Shown: positions 19,630 to 28,907 of the stretch, in pieces
Position numbering within the stretch: position 1 is the first letter of the stretch
Layout of the letters: every line of letters begins with the position of its first letter
Source: an uncultured Acidobacteriota bacterium
GTDB lineage: Bacteria > Acidobacteriota > JAAYUB01
NCBI GenBank assembly: GCA_964436005.1
Contig: CAYTBK010000001.1
Coordinates: 21,526 to 85,525 of the forward strand
Direction of reading: 5' to 3'
Length of the DNA stretch: 64,000 nt
Position numbers and translations under genes: made by a program
Notes under the pieces: generated by a model
The model's database searches: none
The model's input: the letters and a program-made list of their open reading frames with translations, nothing else
Told to the model about the DNA's origin: nothing

Positions 19630-21492
19630 ATGTGCGGAATCTGCGGAATCGTCCATACGACAGGCCAACCGGTGGAAGCAATCGAAGTGCAGGGCATGAT
19701 GGACCGGCTCCGGCACCGCGGGCCTGACGGCCAGGGCCTTTTCCTGGACGGGAACACGGGCCTCGGGCACGTCCGGTTGAGCATCCTGGACCTCACCCCC
19801 AACGGTCGTCAGCCCATGTTCAGCCCTGATGGCCGCCACTGCCTGATCTACAACGGCGAAGTCTACAACGCGCCGGAACTGCGGGAGGAACTTAAGCACC
19901 GACACGACTTCCGAACCCGCACCGACACGGAGGTGGTCCTCCAAACCTTCCTGGCCTGGGGCCCCGATTGCCTCCCGAAGCTCGACGGCATGTTCGCCTT
20001 CGCCCTGTACGACCGGCAGACACGGGACCTTTTCGTCGCCAGGGACCGGTTCGGGATCAAGCCGTTCTTCTATTTCCAAGATGACCGTCTCTTCGTTTTC
20101 GCCTCGGAGGAGCGGGCCCTGCTGCCGTTCCTCCGAGAGCGAAAACCCAATCCGCAGGCGGTGTACGAATACCTGGCCTTCAACCGGACGGGGCAGGGGA
20201 ACGACTCGTTCTTCCAGGGCGTGCGCCGGTTGCCCCACGGTTGCTGCGGCATGGTCCGGGACGGTCGCCTGGCGCAGCGCAAATGGTACCGGCTGGAGGA
20301 TTCCCGCCAGGCCCCCTTCCGGGAACCCCGGGAATTCTACGAGGCCTTCGCCGGATCGGTGCGCCGCCAGTTGCGCAGCGATGTGCCCGTCGGTGTATGC
20401 CTGAGCGGCGGCCTCGACTCCTCCAGCATTGTTTCCGTCATCCTGAAGGAGGAAAACCGACGCGATCTGAGCACGTTCTCCGCGGTCTACGAGAAGGGAG
20501 ACGCCGCGGACGAGAGCGGGTTCATCCAGGAATACGGGAAAGATCTGGAGAACATGTTCTTTACCAATCCCGATGCGGACGGTCTCCTCGCTGACCTTGA
20601 CCGTTTCGTAGCCTGCCACGCCGAACCGGTGGCGACGCTGGGGCCTTACGCCCAGTTCAAAGTCATGGAACTGGCGGGTCGGCACGTCAAAGTCACCCTG
20701 GATGGCCAGGGGGCCGACGAAATGTTGGCAGGTTACCACTACTTCTTCGGCAGCTACTTCAAGGAACTGTTCACGAACTTCCGCTGGGTGCGGTTGGGGC
20801 GGGAAATGGCTGCCTATTTCCGGAAGCACCGCTCCCTCTATGCACTCCGTTACTTCGCCCTTTACCTGGCCCCCCGAAGCACGAAAGACGCCCTGAGCAG
20901 ATTCCACCACAGTCACATCACCCGGGATTTCTACCAGTCCGGAAAAAATATTTCCCGGATCGGGGCGGACCTGTACGCCCCACGCACGCTCAACGAATCG
21001 CTGCGCCAGCATTTCGAACACAAGCTGGAACACCTGCTGAAATGGGAGGACCACAACAGCATGGCACATTCGGTGGAATCCCGCGTCCCCTTCCTGGACC
21101 ACTCTTTGGTGGAACGAACCTTGGCCCTCCCCGCCGGATGGAAGATACATCAGGCCACCACCAAGTACTTTCTGCGTGAAGCCATGAAAGACATCCTCCC
21201 GGAGCGGATACGGACACGGGCGGACAAGATCGGGTTTGCCACCCCGTGGGCCCGCTGGTTCCGCGCACCCGCCTTCCGGGACAGGATTCTGGATGTTCTC
21301 CACTCCCGCACCTTCCGGGAGCGGGGGTACCTCGAACCGGAACGGTGCCTTCGGGACTACCGCCACCATTTGGAAGGGAAAACAGACATCGCCAAGGAGA
21401 TCTGGAAATGGGTGAATCTGGAACTCTGGTTCGCCGCGTTTATCGACGGCCAAGACACCCCGCAATGCCCGACCGGTCCCGCAGGGCCATGA
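19630..21492 (+). CDS. asnB: asparagine synthase (glutamine-hydrolysing) family amidotransferase, WbpG/WbpS-like
   Basis: The start MCGICGIV has the class-II glutamine amidotransferase Cys2. The synthetase domain motif is SGGLDSS. The SD is GAGGAGG. Confidence 0.85.
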   Translation: MCGICGIVHTTGQPVEAIEVQGMMDRLRHRGPDGQGLFLDGNTGLGHVRLSILDLTPNGRQPMFSPDGRHCLIYNGEVYNAPELREELKHRHDFRTRTDTEVVLQTFLAWGPDCLPKLDGMFAFALYDRQTRDLFVARDRFGIKPFFYFQDDRLFVFASEERALLPFLRERKPNPQAVYEYLAFNRTGQGNDSFFQGVRRLPHGCCGMVRDGRLAQRKWYRLEDSRQAPFREPREFYEAFAGSVRRQLRSDVPVGVCLSGGLDSSSIVSVILKEENRRDLSTFSAVYEKGDAADESGFIQEYGKDLENMFFTNPDADGLLADLDRFVACHAEPVATLGPYAQFKVMELAGRHVKVTLDGQGADEMLAGYHYFFGSYFKELFTNFRWVRLGREMAAYFRKHRSLYALRYFALYLAPRSTKDALSRFHHSHITRDFYQSGKNISRIGADLYAPRTLNESLRQHFEHKLEHLLKWEDHNSMAHSVESRVPFLDHSLVERTLALPAGWKIHQATTKYFLREAMKDILPERIRTRADKIGFATPWARWFRAPAFRDRILDVLHSRTFRERGYLEPERCLRDYRHHLEGKTDIAKEIWKWVNLELWFAAFIDGQDTPQCPTGPAGP

Positions 21493-21504
21493 CCCGCCTG
21501 GCCC

Positions 21505-21541
21505 GGAAACCGGAAGCGGGCTGCCATGGCAGGGTGTTTCC
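21505..21541 (+). promoter_or_regulatory. stem-loop (GGAAAC...CTGCCATGGCAG...GTTTCC) abutting the GTG start of the DUF354 gene
   Basis: A 12-bp perfect palindrome sits inside a 6-bp outer stem and ends 1 nt before the start codon. It could occlude the RBS. Confidence 0.25.
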
Positions 21542-22717
21542 GTGAAAAAGAGAATACTGGTCGACATCAACCACCCGGCCCATGTCCACTATTTCCGGAA
21601 CTGCATCCGGCTTCTGCGCGAACAAGGGCACCAGGTGGCCATCGTCTCGCGAGACCGGTACCCGGCTCGGGAACTCCTGGAGGCCTACGGTGAGCCTTTC
21701 GTGGACCGGGGCCGGGGGGGCGGGTCCCTGGCGGGCAAGCTCCTGTACCTGCCCCGGGCGGAGTGGAAGATTTTCTCGACCGCCCTGCGATTCAGGGCAA
21801 ACCTGTTCCTTAGTTTCGGGACCCCATATCCCAACCACGTGGCCTGGCTGCTGCGCAAACCGTCCATCAACTTCCACGACACGGAAAACGCGGGGTTGGC
21901 CCTCGCCTTCACCCGGCCTTTCGCTCGGGCTTTCTGCACCCCGGCTTGCTTCGGCCGGGACTTGGGCCGCAAACACTTCCGGTTCCGGGGATACATGGAG
22001 CTGGCTTACCTGCACCCCAATCAATTTGTCCCCGACCCGACAGCCTGCCAGGACCTCGGCCTCGCACCGGCAGAACCGTATGTGATTCTTCGATTCGTCT
22101 CCTGGCAGGCCACCCACGACATCGGGCACCCAGGCCTGTCCCTGGCCGTCAAGCGCGAGGCCTTGCGGCGACTTTCTCCCTACGCCAGGGTCTTTGTTTC
22201 CTCCGAAAAAGAACTTCCCCCGGACCTGGAACCATACCGGATCCGCATCCGCCCGGAGCGAATGCACCACGTTCTTGCCGGCGCCGCCTTGCTCTACGGC
22301 GAGAGCGCCACCATGGCCTCCGAATGCGCCGTCTTGGGAACACCCGCCATCTACCTGGACAATGACGGCCGCGGCTACACCCGGGAGGAGGAAGAGCGAT
22401 ACGGGTTGGTGTTCAATTTCAAGGAAACGCCGGCGGAGCAAGCCCGGTCTTTGGACAAGGCCGAGGAACTGCTCCGGACCCCGAACCGGCCCGAGGAATG
22501 GCAGCGACGCAGGTCGCGCCTTCTGGCAGACTCAATCGATGTCACCGCCTTCATGACCTGGTTCCTGAACGAATACCCCCGAAGCGCAGAAACGCTTCGC
22601 GCCGATCCCGGGTACGCGGATGCGTTCCGGACCGGCCCTTTCAGCAGCCCGGGCCCGGAGACGTGGCCGACTCCGTTCCGGAGAGCGCAGCCCCCAATTC
22701 CACCGCCACCCGCATGA
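21542..22717 (+). CDS. DUF354 family protein (GT-B/UDP-GlcNAc-2-epimerase-like fold)
   Basis: MKKRILVDINHPAHVHYFRNCIRLL is characteristic of DUF354. The start is GTG. The Pro-rich C-terminal tail overlaps the convergent aminotransferase gene by about 77 nt. Confidence 0.7.
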   Translation: MKKRILVDINHPAHVHYFRNCIRLLREQGHQVAIVSRDRYPARELLEAYGEPFVDRGRGGGSLAGKLLYLPRAEWKIFSTALRFRANLFLSFGTPYPNHVAWLLRKPSINFHDTENAGLALAFTRPFARAFCTPACFGRDLGRKHFRFRGYMELAYLHPNQFVPDPTACQDLGLAPAEPYVILRFVSWQATHDIGHPGLSLAVKREALRRLSPYARVFVSSEKELPPDLEPYRIRIRPERMHHVLAGAALLYGESATMASECAVLGTPAIYLDNDGRGYTREEEERYGLVFNFKETPAEQARSLDKAEELLRTPNRPEEWQRRRSRLLADSIDVTAFMTWFLNEYPRSAETLRADPGYADAFRTGPFSSPGPETWPTPFRRAQPPIPPPPA

Positions 22718-23807
22718 TTTCATCCTCCCGGATGGTTCCGTCCAGGGGTAAGCTGAGCACGCCGTCCGAGAGCGTTGCGGCGACGGGGAAGGCATCGGAA
22801 TCGTAGCCCAGAAAGGCGCAGGCGGGTTGCCGATGGATAGGGACAGGGTAATGGATTCCGCAGCCGATTCCCTGCGACTGCAAGTGCCGCCGTCGGCAGT
22901 CCCGCTCGGTGGCCCGCACAACGAAGAGATGGAAGGCGGAAGACGCCAGAGCGTCCTCCTGCTCGATGACGGCGATGCCCGGCAGAGGCGCCAGCACCCT
23001 CCGGTAGAGTGCCGCCATCTCCTTGCGGTGGGCGTTCCACGCTTCCAGCCAGGGAAGCTTCACCAGCAGGACGGCTGCCTGGATCGTGTCCAGGCGACTG
23101 TTGCCCCCCAGGATCTGATGACGATACTTCTCCGTCCGGCCATGGTCCCGAAGCAGCCGGATCCGTTCCGCCAGGGCGAGGTCAGCGCAAGCGACGGCTC
23201 CCGCATCGCCGAGCGCCCCCAGATTTTTACCGGGGAAAAAGCTGAAGCAGGTGATGTCGGCGAAGTGCACGATGCTCCGCCCCCCTACCGTCGCCCCGTG
23301 GGCCTGGGCCGCGTCGCAGATCAGCGGCAGTCCGTATTCCCGGCAGATCCCGGAAATCTCCGGCAGGTAACGGGGAGAGCCGTACAGGGCCACGTAGATC
23401 ACAGCCTTGACGGCCCGGCACCCGGTACCGGACAGGGCGGCTTTCAGGAGAGCAGGGTCAAGGATGCCGGAACCAGCCTCCACGTCCAGCAGGACAGGCC
23501 GGGCGCCAGCCAGCGCGACAGCCTCGGCGGTGGCCAGGAAAGTCATGTCCGGCAGGATCACCTGATGGCCCCTCCCGATGCCCAGGGCCTTGAGCGCCAG
23601 GGTGAGCGCATCGGTGCCCGAACTCACGCCCACCACTTGGGGAACGTCCAGAAAGGCCCCGAAGGCGCTTTCGAATTCTCCGACCTCCCGGCCGTTGATG
23701 TAGCGGTTGTGGTCGAGGCAGTCCGCCAGTGCACGGTCCAGGGCCGGCCGGAGAGGCTTGTGCATCCTTTCCAGGTTCACCAGGGGAATGGAATCAGCTC
23801 TGTTCAC
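22641..23807 (-). CDS. DegT/DnrJ/EryC1/StrS-family PLP-dependent sugar aminotransferase (WbpE-like)
   Basis: 388 aa with the family fold. The conserved region around GDAGAVA is typical of sugar aminotransferases. Confidence 0.85.
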   Translation of the reverse strand: MNRADSIPLVNLERMHKPLRPALDRALADCLDHNRYINGREVGEFESAFGAFLDVPQVVGVSSGTDALTLALKALGIGRGHQVILPDMTFLATAEAVALAGARPVLLDVEAGSGILDPALLKAALSGTGCRAVKAVIYVALYGSPRYLPEISGICREYGLPLICDAAQAHGATVGGRSIVHFADITCFSFFPGKNLGALGDAGAVACADLALAERIRLLRDHGRTEKYRHQILGGNSRLDTIQAAVLLVKLPWLEAWNAHRKEMAALYRRVLAPLPGIAVIEQEDALASSAFHLFVVRATERDCRRRHLQSQGIGCGIHYPVPIHRQPACAFLGYDSDAFPVAATLSDGVLSLPLDGTIREDEIMRVAVELGAALSGTESATSPGPGC

Positions 23808-23837
23808 GATATCTATCTCGTTTAGAAATTTATATTT

Positions 23838-24371
23838 TCAAGAGAAATCCGGACAACCACCGCGAATGGGCGCAGCGGGCACATCGGCCGGTTTCGGAAG
23901 GAGACGCAGGAGACGAGCGGGGTTGCCGGCCCAAACCCCCGGTTGCGCGATGTCCCTGGTCACTACTGACCCGGCCCCGATGACCACCCCGTCGCAAACT
24001 GTGACCGGGAGCAATGTCGCGTTGGATCCGATGGAGACCCTGTTGCCGATACGGGTTGCCCGCCAGAGGGCGCGATCGCCTCCGGCCGGCCCCCCGCGGG
24101 AGAAGAGATCGTTGACGAACATCACCCCGTGCGCGATGAAGCAATCTTCCCCCACCTGTACACCTTCGCAAAGAAAGCTGTGGCTTTGTATCCGGGTCCG
24201 CGCACCGACGACAACGTTCCGCTGGATCTCCACGAAAGGCCCGACGAAGGCCCCGTCTCCTAGTGTACATTCGTAGAGATTGACAGGTTCCACCAGGGTG
24301 ACCCCTTCCCCGAACATGACGCCGCGTATGCCGCTGGAGATGATTCTAGGGTTTCCGCCGTTCTTGTCCAT
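23838..24371 (-). CDS. hexapeptide-repeat sugar N-acetyltransferase (WbpD/PglD-like)
   Basis: LbH repeats are present (VGEDCFIAHGVMF..., IGNRVSIGSNATLLP). The start is MDKNGGNPR. Confidence 0.8.
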   Translation of the reverse strand: MDKNGGNPRIISSGIRGVMFGEGVTLVEPVNLYECTLGDGAFVGPFVEIQRNVVVGARTRIQSHSFLCEGVQVGEDCFIAHGVMFVNDLFSRGGPAGGDRALWRATRIGNRVSIGSNATLLPVTVCDGVVIGAGSVVTRDIAQPGVWAGNPARLLRLLPKPADVPAAPIRGGCPDFS

Positions 24372-24376
24372 GTTCG

Positions 24377-25444
24377 TCAACCTCTCACGCCCAGACGGCA
24401 CAGCCTGGGTCGGAATGCCAGCGCGATCTCCTGCCCCGTTTCGATGGATTCGTAGATCGCGTTGATGAGGGCCAGGGATTTTCGGCCCTCCAGGCCGTCC
24501 ACCAGGGCGGGAGCGTTATTGCGCAGGCTCTCCACTACATTCCGGAGGAAGCTGAGATGGCCGAACCCATAAACGTCGGGCGGATTCTGATTGTAGCAGG
24601 TCCTGATTTCCTCGTCTTCAGGAAGAGCGGGGAAGAAGGACCAGGTCCGGATCTCGTTGACGGCGAAACCGGATATTTCCACCGTGCCGTTTTCGCCCAG
24701 GATGGAGATGGATCCTTCCAGGTCCGCGGGCCGGGTGGCCGTGGTGGCCTCCACGACGCCGAGGGCGCCACTGGCGAAAGAGATGACGGCCACACCGGTG
24801 TCCTCAGTCTCGATGTTGGCCAGCGCGGTGCGGCTCCGCGCGAAAACGGACACCGGTTCGCCCAGCATCCACTCCAGCAGGTCGATGTGGTGGCTGGCCT
24901 GATTTGTGAAAACGCCGCCGTCCATGGCCCAGGTCCCCCGCCAGGCATCGTGGTCGTAATATTCCTGCCGCCGGCACCACCGCACGCGGACGGTCCCCAT
25001 GACGATCTTTCCGAACCGTCCCCGAACCAGGGCCTCCTTCAGCTTGACCACAGGCAGATTGTAGCGGTTCTGCTTGACTACGAACAGTTTGACCCCGGCA
25101 CGGTCGCAGGCTTCGATGAGGCGGTCGGCATCCTCCAGTCGCAGGGCCAGGGGCTTTTCCACCACGACATGCCTTCCCAGCGACGCCACATCCATGGCGA
25201 TGGCAGCGTGGCTCCCGCTCTCGGTGAGGATGTTCACCGCCTCGACTTCCGGGTGCCGACCGAGCATCTCCCGATAGTCGGTGAACCATGGCACGAGATG
25301 CTTCTCGCCGAAAGCCCGGGCGCGGTCCGGCATCAGGTCGCACACGGCCGCGAGCCGGGCGCCTGGCACCGCACCGCTCAGGAGCGCGGCGTGTTTGGAT
25401 GCAATACGTCCGCAACCGACGATAGCAAAAGGGATGTCGTTCAT
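24377..25444 (-). CDS. Gfo/Idh/MocA-family NAD-dependent sugar oxidoreductase (WbpB-like)
   Basis: N-terminal Rossmann motif AIVGCGRIASKHA and the EKPLA motif are present. Confidence 0.85.
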   Translation of the reverse strand: MNDIPFAIVGCGRIASKHAALLSGAVPGARLAAVCDLMPDRARAFGEKHLVPWFTDYREMLGRHPEVEAVNILTESGSHAAIAMDVASLGRHVVVEKPLALRLEDADRLIEACDRAGVKLFVVKQNRYNLPVVKLKEALVRGRFGKIVMGTVRVRWCRRQEYYDHDAWRGTWAMDGGVFTNQASHHIDLLEWMLGEPVSVFARSRTALANIETEDTGVAVISFASGALGVVEATTATRPADLEGSISILGENGTVEISGFAVNEIRTWSFFPALPEDEEIRTCYNQNPPDVYGFGHLSFLRNVVESLRNNAPALVDGLEGRKSLALINAIYESIETGQEIALAFRPRLCRLGVRG

Positions 25445-25523
25445 CTTTATCCTTCCTTGACCCTGCTTGGGGCGGCCCCTGGTTTTCGCAGCGGATCCTG
25501 GGGCGTAGAATCTGCCCTCAGTC

Positions 25524-27527
25524 CTACTCGCTGCGGATCCGGTTGAAGAGAATGTTGTACAAACCCCAAAATAGAACCCGAATATCCGTCAGGATGGGAT
25601 GCGCTTTCTTTTCTTGAAGATAACGGATTTCCGAATCGATGTATTCCTCTACCCTTTGCGTGCGGTACGCCACATAAGGGGGGATGCATCCAGGCTTTCG
25701 CTTTTGTCTCTCTGCCCGCAACCACTCCGGATAATTCGCCAGGAAGCGGTTGCTGAGAGGGCGCACCCCCACCAGGGCCATGTCCCCTTTCAGCAGGTTC
25801 ACCACTTGAGGGATCTCGTCAAGCCAGAACCGGCGTAAGAACCGCCCCCAGGCGGTCACCCGGATATCCTCCTTGACCTTGCCCAATTCACCATATCCGA
25901 ACAAGGAGGTCACGTAACCTTGCAGGTATTCCGAGTATGGGTGCATGGTGCGGATTTTGTAGACATAAATGAGTTTCCCGCCCTTGCCCGTGCGCTGCAT
26001 CTTGAAGAGCAGGCCCGAGGCGGGTTGTCGCCCCAATTCGGGCTCCCCGGTACGGCGGGCGCAGAAATGTACCGCACTGTCGTGGAATTCGATCCCGACG
26101 ATGGAAAACCCGCAATAACTGAGCCGGCCGAAGCCCTCGGCCAGGGAGAAGACCCGGGTTCTGCCCGGCGGGAACAATTGCCGTACTCTCCGGAGTAAGA
26201 TTATTTTCGGCAACAGACGGAACCAAATGAAATCCAAGAAGTAAAGGAAATTGGCCACTGCTCGCGGATAATGCTGGACATAGTGGAGGCGGCGCAGTTC
26301 GCAAGGCTGGAAATTGCCCAGGAAAACTCCTCCGGGAACAAGCTTCCGATGGACTTCCCGCAAGTACCGGTTGAGATCCCGCTGGGTATTGAGGCGGTGC
26401 CGGTTCATGAAGAACTCCATGGTCCCGTCAGGCATTACCTCGACATTGTAGGGATTGCTGGAGTCAAGAACCTCGGCCCGTACGATATCTACGGATTCGA
26501 TGTCCACCGTTCGTTGCACAAAGGCCATGATCTCGGGACAATCCTTCAGGTAAATATGTTTCATCTTTTCGGCAAACTGGGGGGAGGCTGAATCACGTTT
26601 CTCGAAGCGGACGGGGCCGGCGAAGGCTGCCATATGCTGGGTGACAAGCACATCTACCTTCGCCGCTTCCGCCAGCTCCGGTACGCGGAAAATAGAGCCG
26701 AGCTTCTCGCCTGGTTTCCCGAAAACGTAATAAAGGGTGACGAAGGCGAGTTCCAACACAGCCACGACGAACAAGGGCAGAAGATATCTCCTGGGTGAGG
26801 AACCGGTCAGCTTGAAGATATACAAAACTGCAACGCTGCAGCAAAGCACAACGGCCAAACTCTTCACATGGGGATATATCATTTTCAGGCAACTGGATTG
26901 CCATTCCAGCCGGAAGTGATGGATCAACAAGCCAGCAAGAAGCCATATGAAATAAACATAAAAAAATGGGATGGCTGAGGGGTGCTCCTCGCCGTTCAGT
27001 CCGAATTGGTTGATGTAAGCCAAAGTGTAAAGAGCAGCGAGCGATGACAACTCAAGGCCAAAAAAAGCAAAAGAGAGAAGCCGTTCCCTCCGGCTGACGC
27101 CTTCACTGAAAAAAGGGAGGTAATCCCCAGAAAGAAAAAGGATTTCCAACAGCAGATACAGAGAGAGTGCCCCATAGATGATGAAACGTGAAAGATCGAA
27201 GAGATCCGCCACATACAGAAACAGAGAGATCAGGCCCGCCATGTACAGACAACTGGTGACAAAGGGCGCCAGTTTGTGGCTCTGGCGGCGTTCTTGATCC
27301 AAGCGACGGAATTTGTCGCATGCCAGACTGACACTGGCCCAAGCGACAATGTAGACCAACATCAACTGTAAATAAGTGAGATCGATGGCTAATTTCTTTT
27401 TCTTGAGGCAATGAGTGGCCAGGAAAGCAACGAGGAGAAGGCAGAGGTCCACCAGATACCTTCGGGCAACCGTTCTGGGTCGGCCTGATGATTGAATGGG
27501 TGCCCACGATGGTCGGAGACCCGGCAT
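25524..27527 (-). CDS. initiating polyprenyl-phosphate sugar phosphotransferase (bacterial sugar transferase family) with atypical N-terminal architecture
   Basis: The C-terminal catalytic domain reads GKGGKLIYVYKIRTM...WLDEIPQVVNLLKGDMALVGVRP (KFRTM-type motif). It is preceded by about 8 predicted TM helices and a ~190-aa soluble region of unknown function. A good SD (AAGGGAGAAAG) is present. Confidence 0.75.
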   Translation of the reverse strand: MPGLRPSWAPIQSSGRPRTVARRYLVDLCLLLVAFLATHCLKKKKLAIDLTYLQLMLVYIVAWASVSLACDKFRRLDQERRQSHKLAPFVTSCLYMAGLISLFLYVADLFDLSRFIIYGALSLYLLLEILFLSGDYLPFFSEGVSRRERLLSFAFFGLELSSLAALYTLAYINQFGLNGEEHPSAIPFFYVYFIWLLAGLLIHHFRLEWQSSCLKMIYPHVKSLAVVLCCSVAVLYIFKLTGSSPRRYLLPLFVVAVLELAFVTLYYVFGKPGEKLGSIFRVPELAEAAKVDVLVTQHMAAFAGPVRFEKRDSASPQFAEKMKHIYLKDCPEIMAFVQRTVDIESVDIVRAEVLDSSNPYNVEVMPDGTMEFFMNRHRLNTQRDLNRYLREVHRKLVPGGVFLGNFQPCELRRLHYVQHYPRAVANFLYFLDFIWFRLLPKIILLRRVRQLFPPGRTRVFSLAEGFGRLSYCGFSIVGIEFHDSAVHFCARRTGEPELGRQPASGLLFKMQRTGKGGKLIYVYKIRTMHPYSEYLQGYVTSLFGYGELGKVKEDIRVTAWGRFLRRFWLDEIPQVVNLLKGDMALVGVRPLSNRFLANYPEWLRAERQKRKPGCIPPYVAYRTQRVEEYIDSEIRYLQEKKAHPILTDIRVLFWGLYNILFNRIRSE

Positions 27528-27578
27528 GCTATACTTTCTCCCTTTTCATTGACAGATTGGATGCGGAAATCTGCTCAC

Positions 27579-28907
27579 TCAGTTGCTGGCCTGCGCAGCG
27601 GAACAAGCCTGGCCTTCGTCCCGGGAAGCGTCTTTTCCCGCCCAGACTGCATGGGAAACGGCAGCACCCAAAAGCATAAAGAATATCGGCACGGTGACGG
27701 GGTTCGAATCCATCAGGGTATTCGCACCATTGAATACCAGCAGACCGATCAGAAAAATGAAAAAACTGAAAACTGTGTCCTTGCCCATTGCCAACTTTCC
27801 ACGCGGCCAAGAGCACTGCAGGATTTTCCCAAAAAATACCATCATGACAGCAAACCCTATGATTCCTGTCTGATAAAGAATGGTCACGTAATAGTTATGC
27901 GATGTTCCATAGACGGAACGCACATAGTGCCCCTTCAGGTCGTATATCTTGAACTCCTTCATCTGCCTACCCCACCCACAACCAAGGATGGGGTATTTCG
28001 ACCACTCCCGCAGGGTAGCCACGGTGCGTCCGACACGTATTCCCAAATTGGTGTTAAAGAACGATCTTCTTCCGGATACTGTGTCTTTCGTCTCAGCGAT
28101 CCTCTTCTTGTAAAGTTGGTTCACCGAAGGTAAGAACATCGCAAGGGAAATGGCAGTCACCAGCAGTAGGGTCAGACCCGCACCGTAAAGAACCCGTTTG
28201 CGAACGGCCTTTTCCGCCCGGATACCATATCCACAGACCAGAAGGATCATGATACCGAAAACGACAATGGTGCTCCTATGCTGGCTTCCGATAATTCCCG
28301 CCAGGGAAGCGGCGAGAAATGGGGACGCGCTGAGGAAGCGGCGGCGGCGTACCGCCACGGAGACGAACTCGAAGACGAAGACCAGGCAGCAGAGAACCGC
28401 GGTGCCATGATTCACGAGCATGAAGTAGGAGGCGGGAATGCTGACCCCCCGGAAATAGACGGTGGCAGGATTGGTTCCGGCCAAAGCGAGGCAGAACAGG
28501 CCGTAAAGCACAGAGATCAGGACATGGAACCGCACGGCCCAAACCAGCCATTTCACATCCTCTCGTTCGATGACACACACCAACCCAGCCAAAAAGAGGA
28601 GTGGGTAGATGAAAAGGTTGCGGAAACGGTCCAGGATAGCCAACAGGCTACTTTCTTGGATATAACGAGCGCATAGCATCAGGAAAGTGTAATAGACCAG
28701 AAGGACGGCAAAGACGAGCAACCAGGGCCTGGCCCGGTCCCTAGTTTCCTTCTGTCGCAAGCAGACCGCGGCAAAGCCCAGGAGGGCCAGGACAAAAAAA
28801 TCCGAAAGATAGAGTTTGATTCCGACTTCAAACAGGCAGTTGCTCAGAAGGGTATTGAGCAAAAGAAAAAAAACAAGGAAGAAGCCTGCCCGCTGCATTG
28901 GCCGCAT
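27579..28907 (-). CDS. O-antigen polymerase/ligase family protein (Wzy-like), copy 2
   Basis: It is a paralogue of the 16039..17349 product (LLNTLLSNCLF, GTSHNYYVTILYQTGIIGFAVMMV) and is polytopic. Confidence 0.65.
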   Translation of the reverse strand: MRPMQRAGFFLVFFLLLNTLLSNCLFEVGIKLYLSDFFVLALLGFAAVCLRQKETRDRARPWLLVFAVLLVYYTFLMLCARYIQESSLLAILDRFRNLFIYPLLFLAGLVCVIEREDVKWLVWAVRFHVLISVLYGLFCLALAGTNPATVYFRGVSIPASYFMLVNHGTAVLCCLVFVFEFVSVAVRRRRFLSASPFLAASLAGIIGSQHRSTIVVFGIMILLVCGYGIRAEKAVRKRVLYGAGLTLLLVTAISLAMFLPSVNQLYKKRIAETKDTVSGRRSFFNTNLGIRVGRTVATLREWSKYPILGCGWGRQMKEFKIYDLKGHYVRSVYGTSHNYYVTILYQTGIIGFAVMMVFFGKILQCSWPRGKLAMGKDTVFSFFIFLIGLLVFNGANTLMDSNPVTVPIFFMLLGAAVSHAVWAGKDASRDEGQACSAAQASN

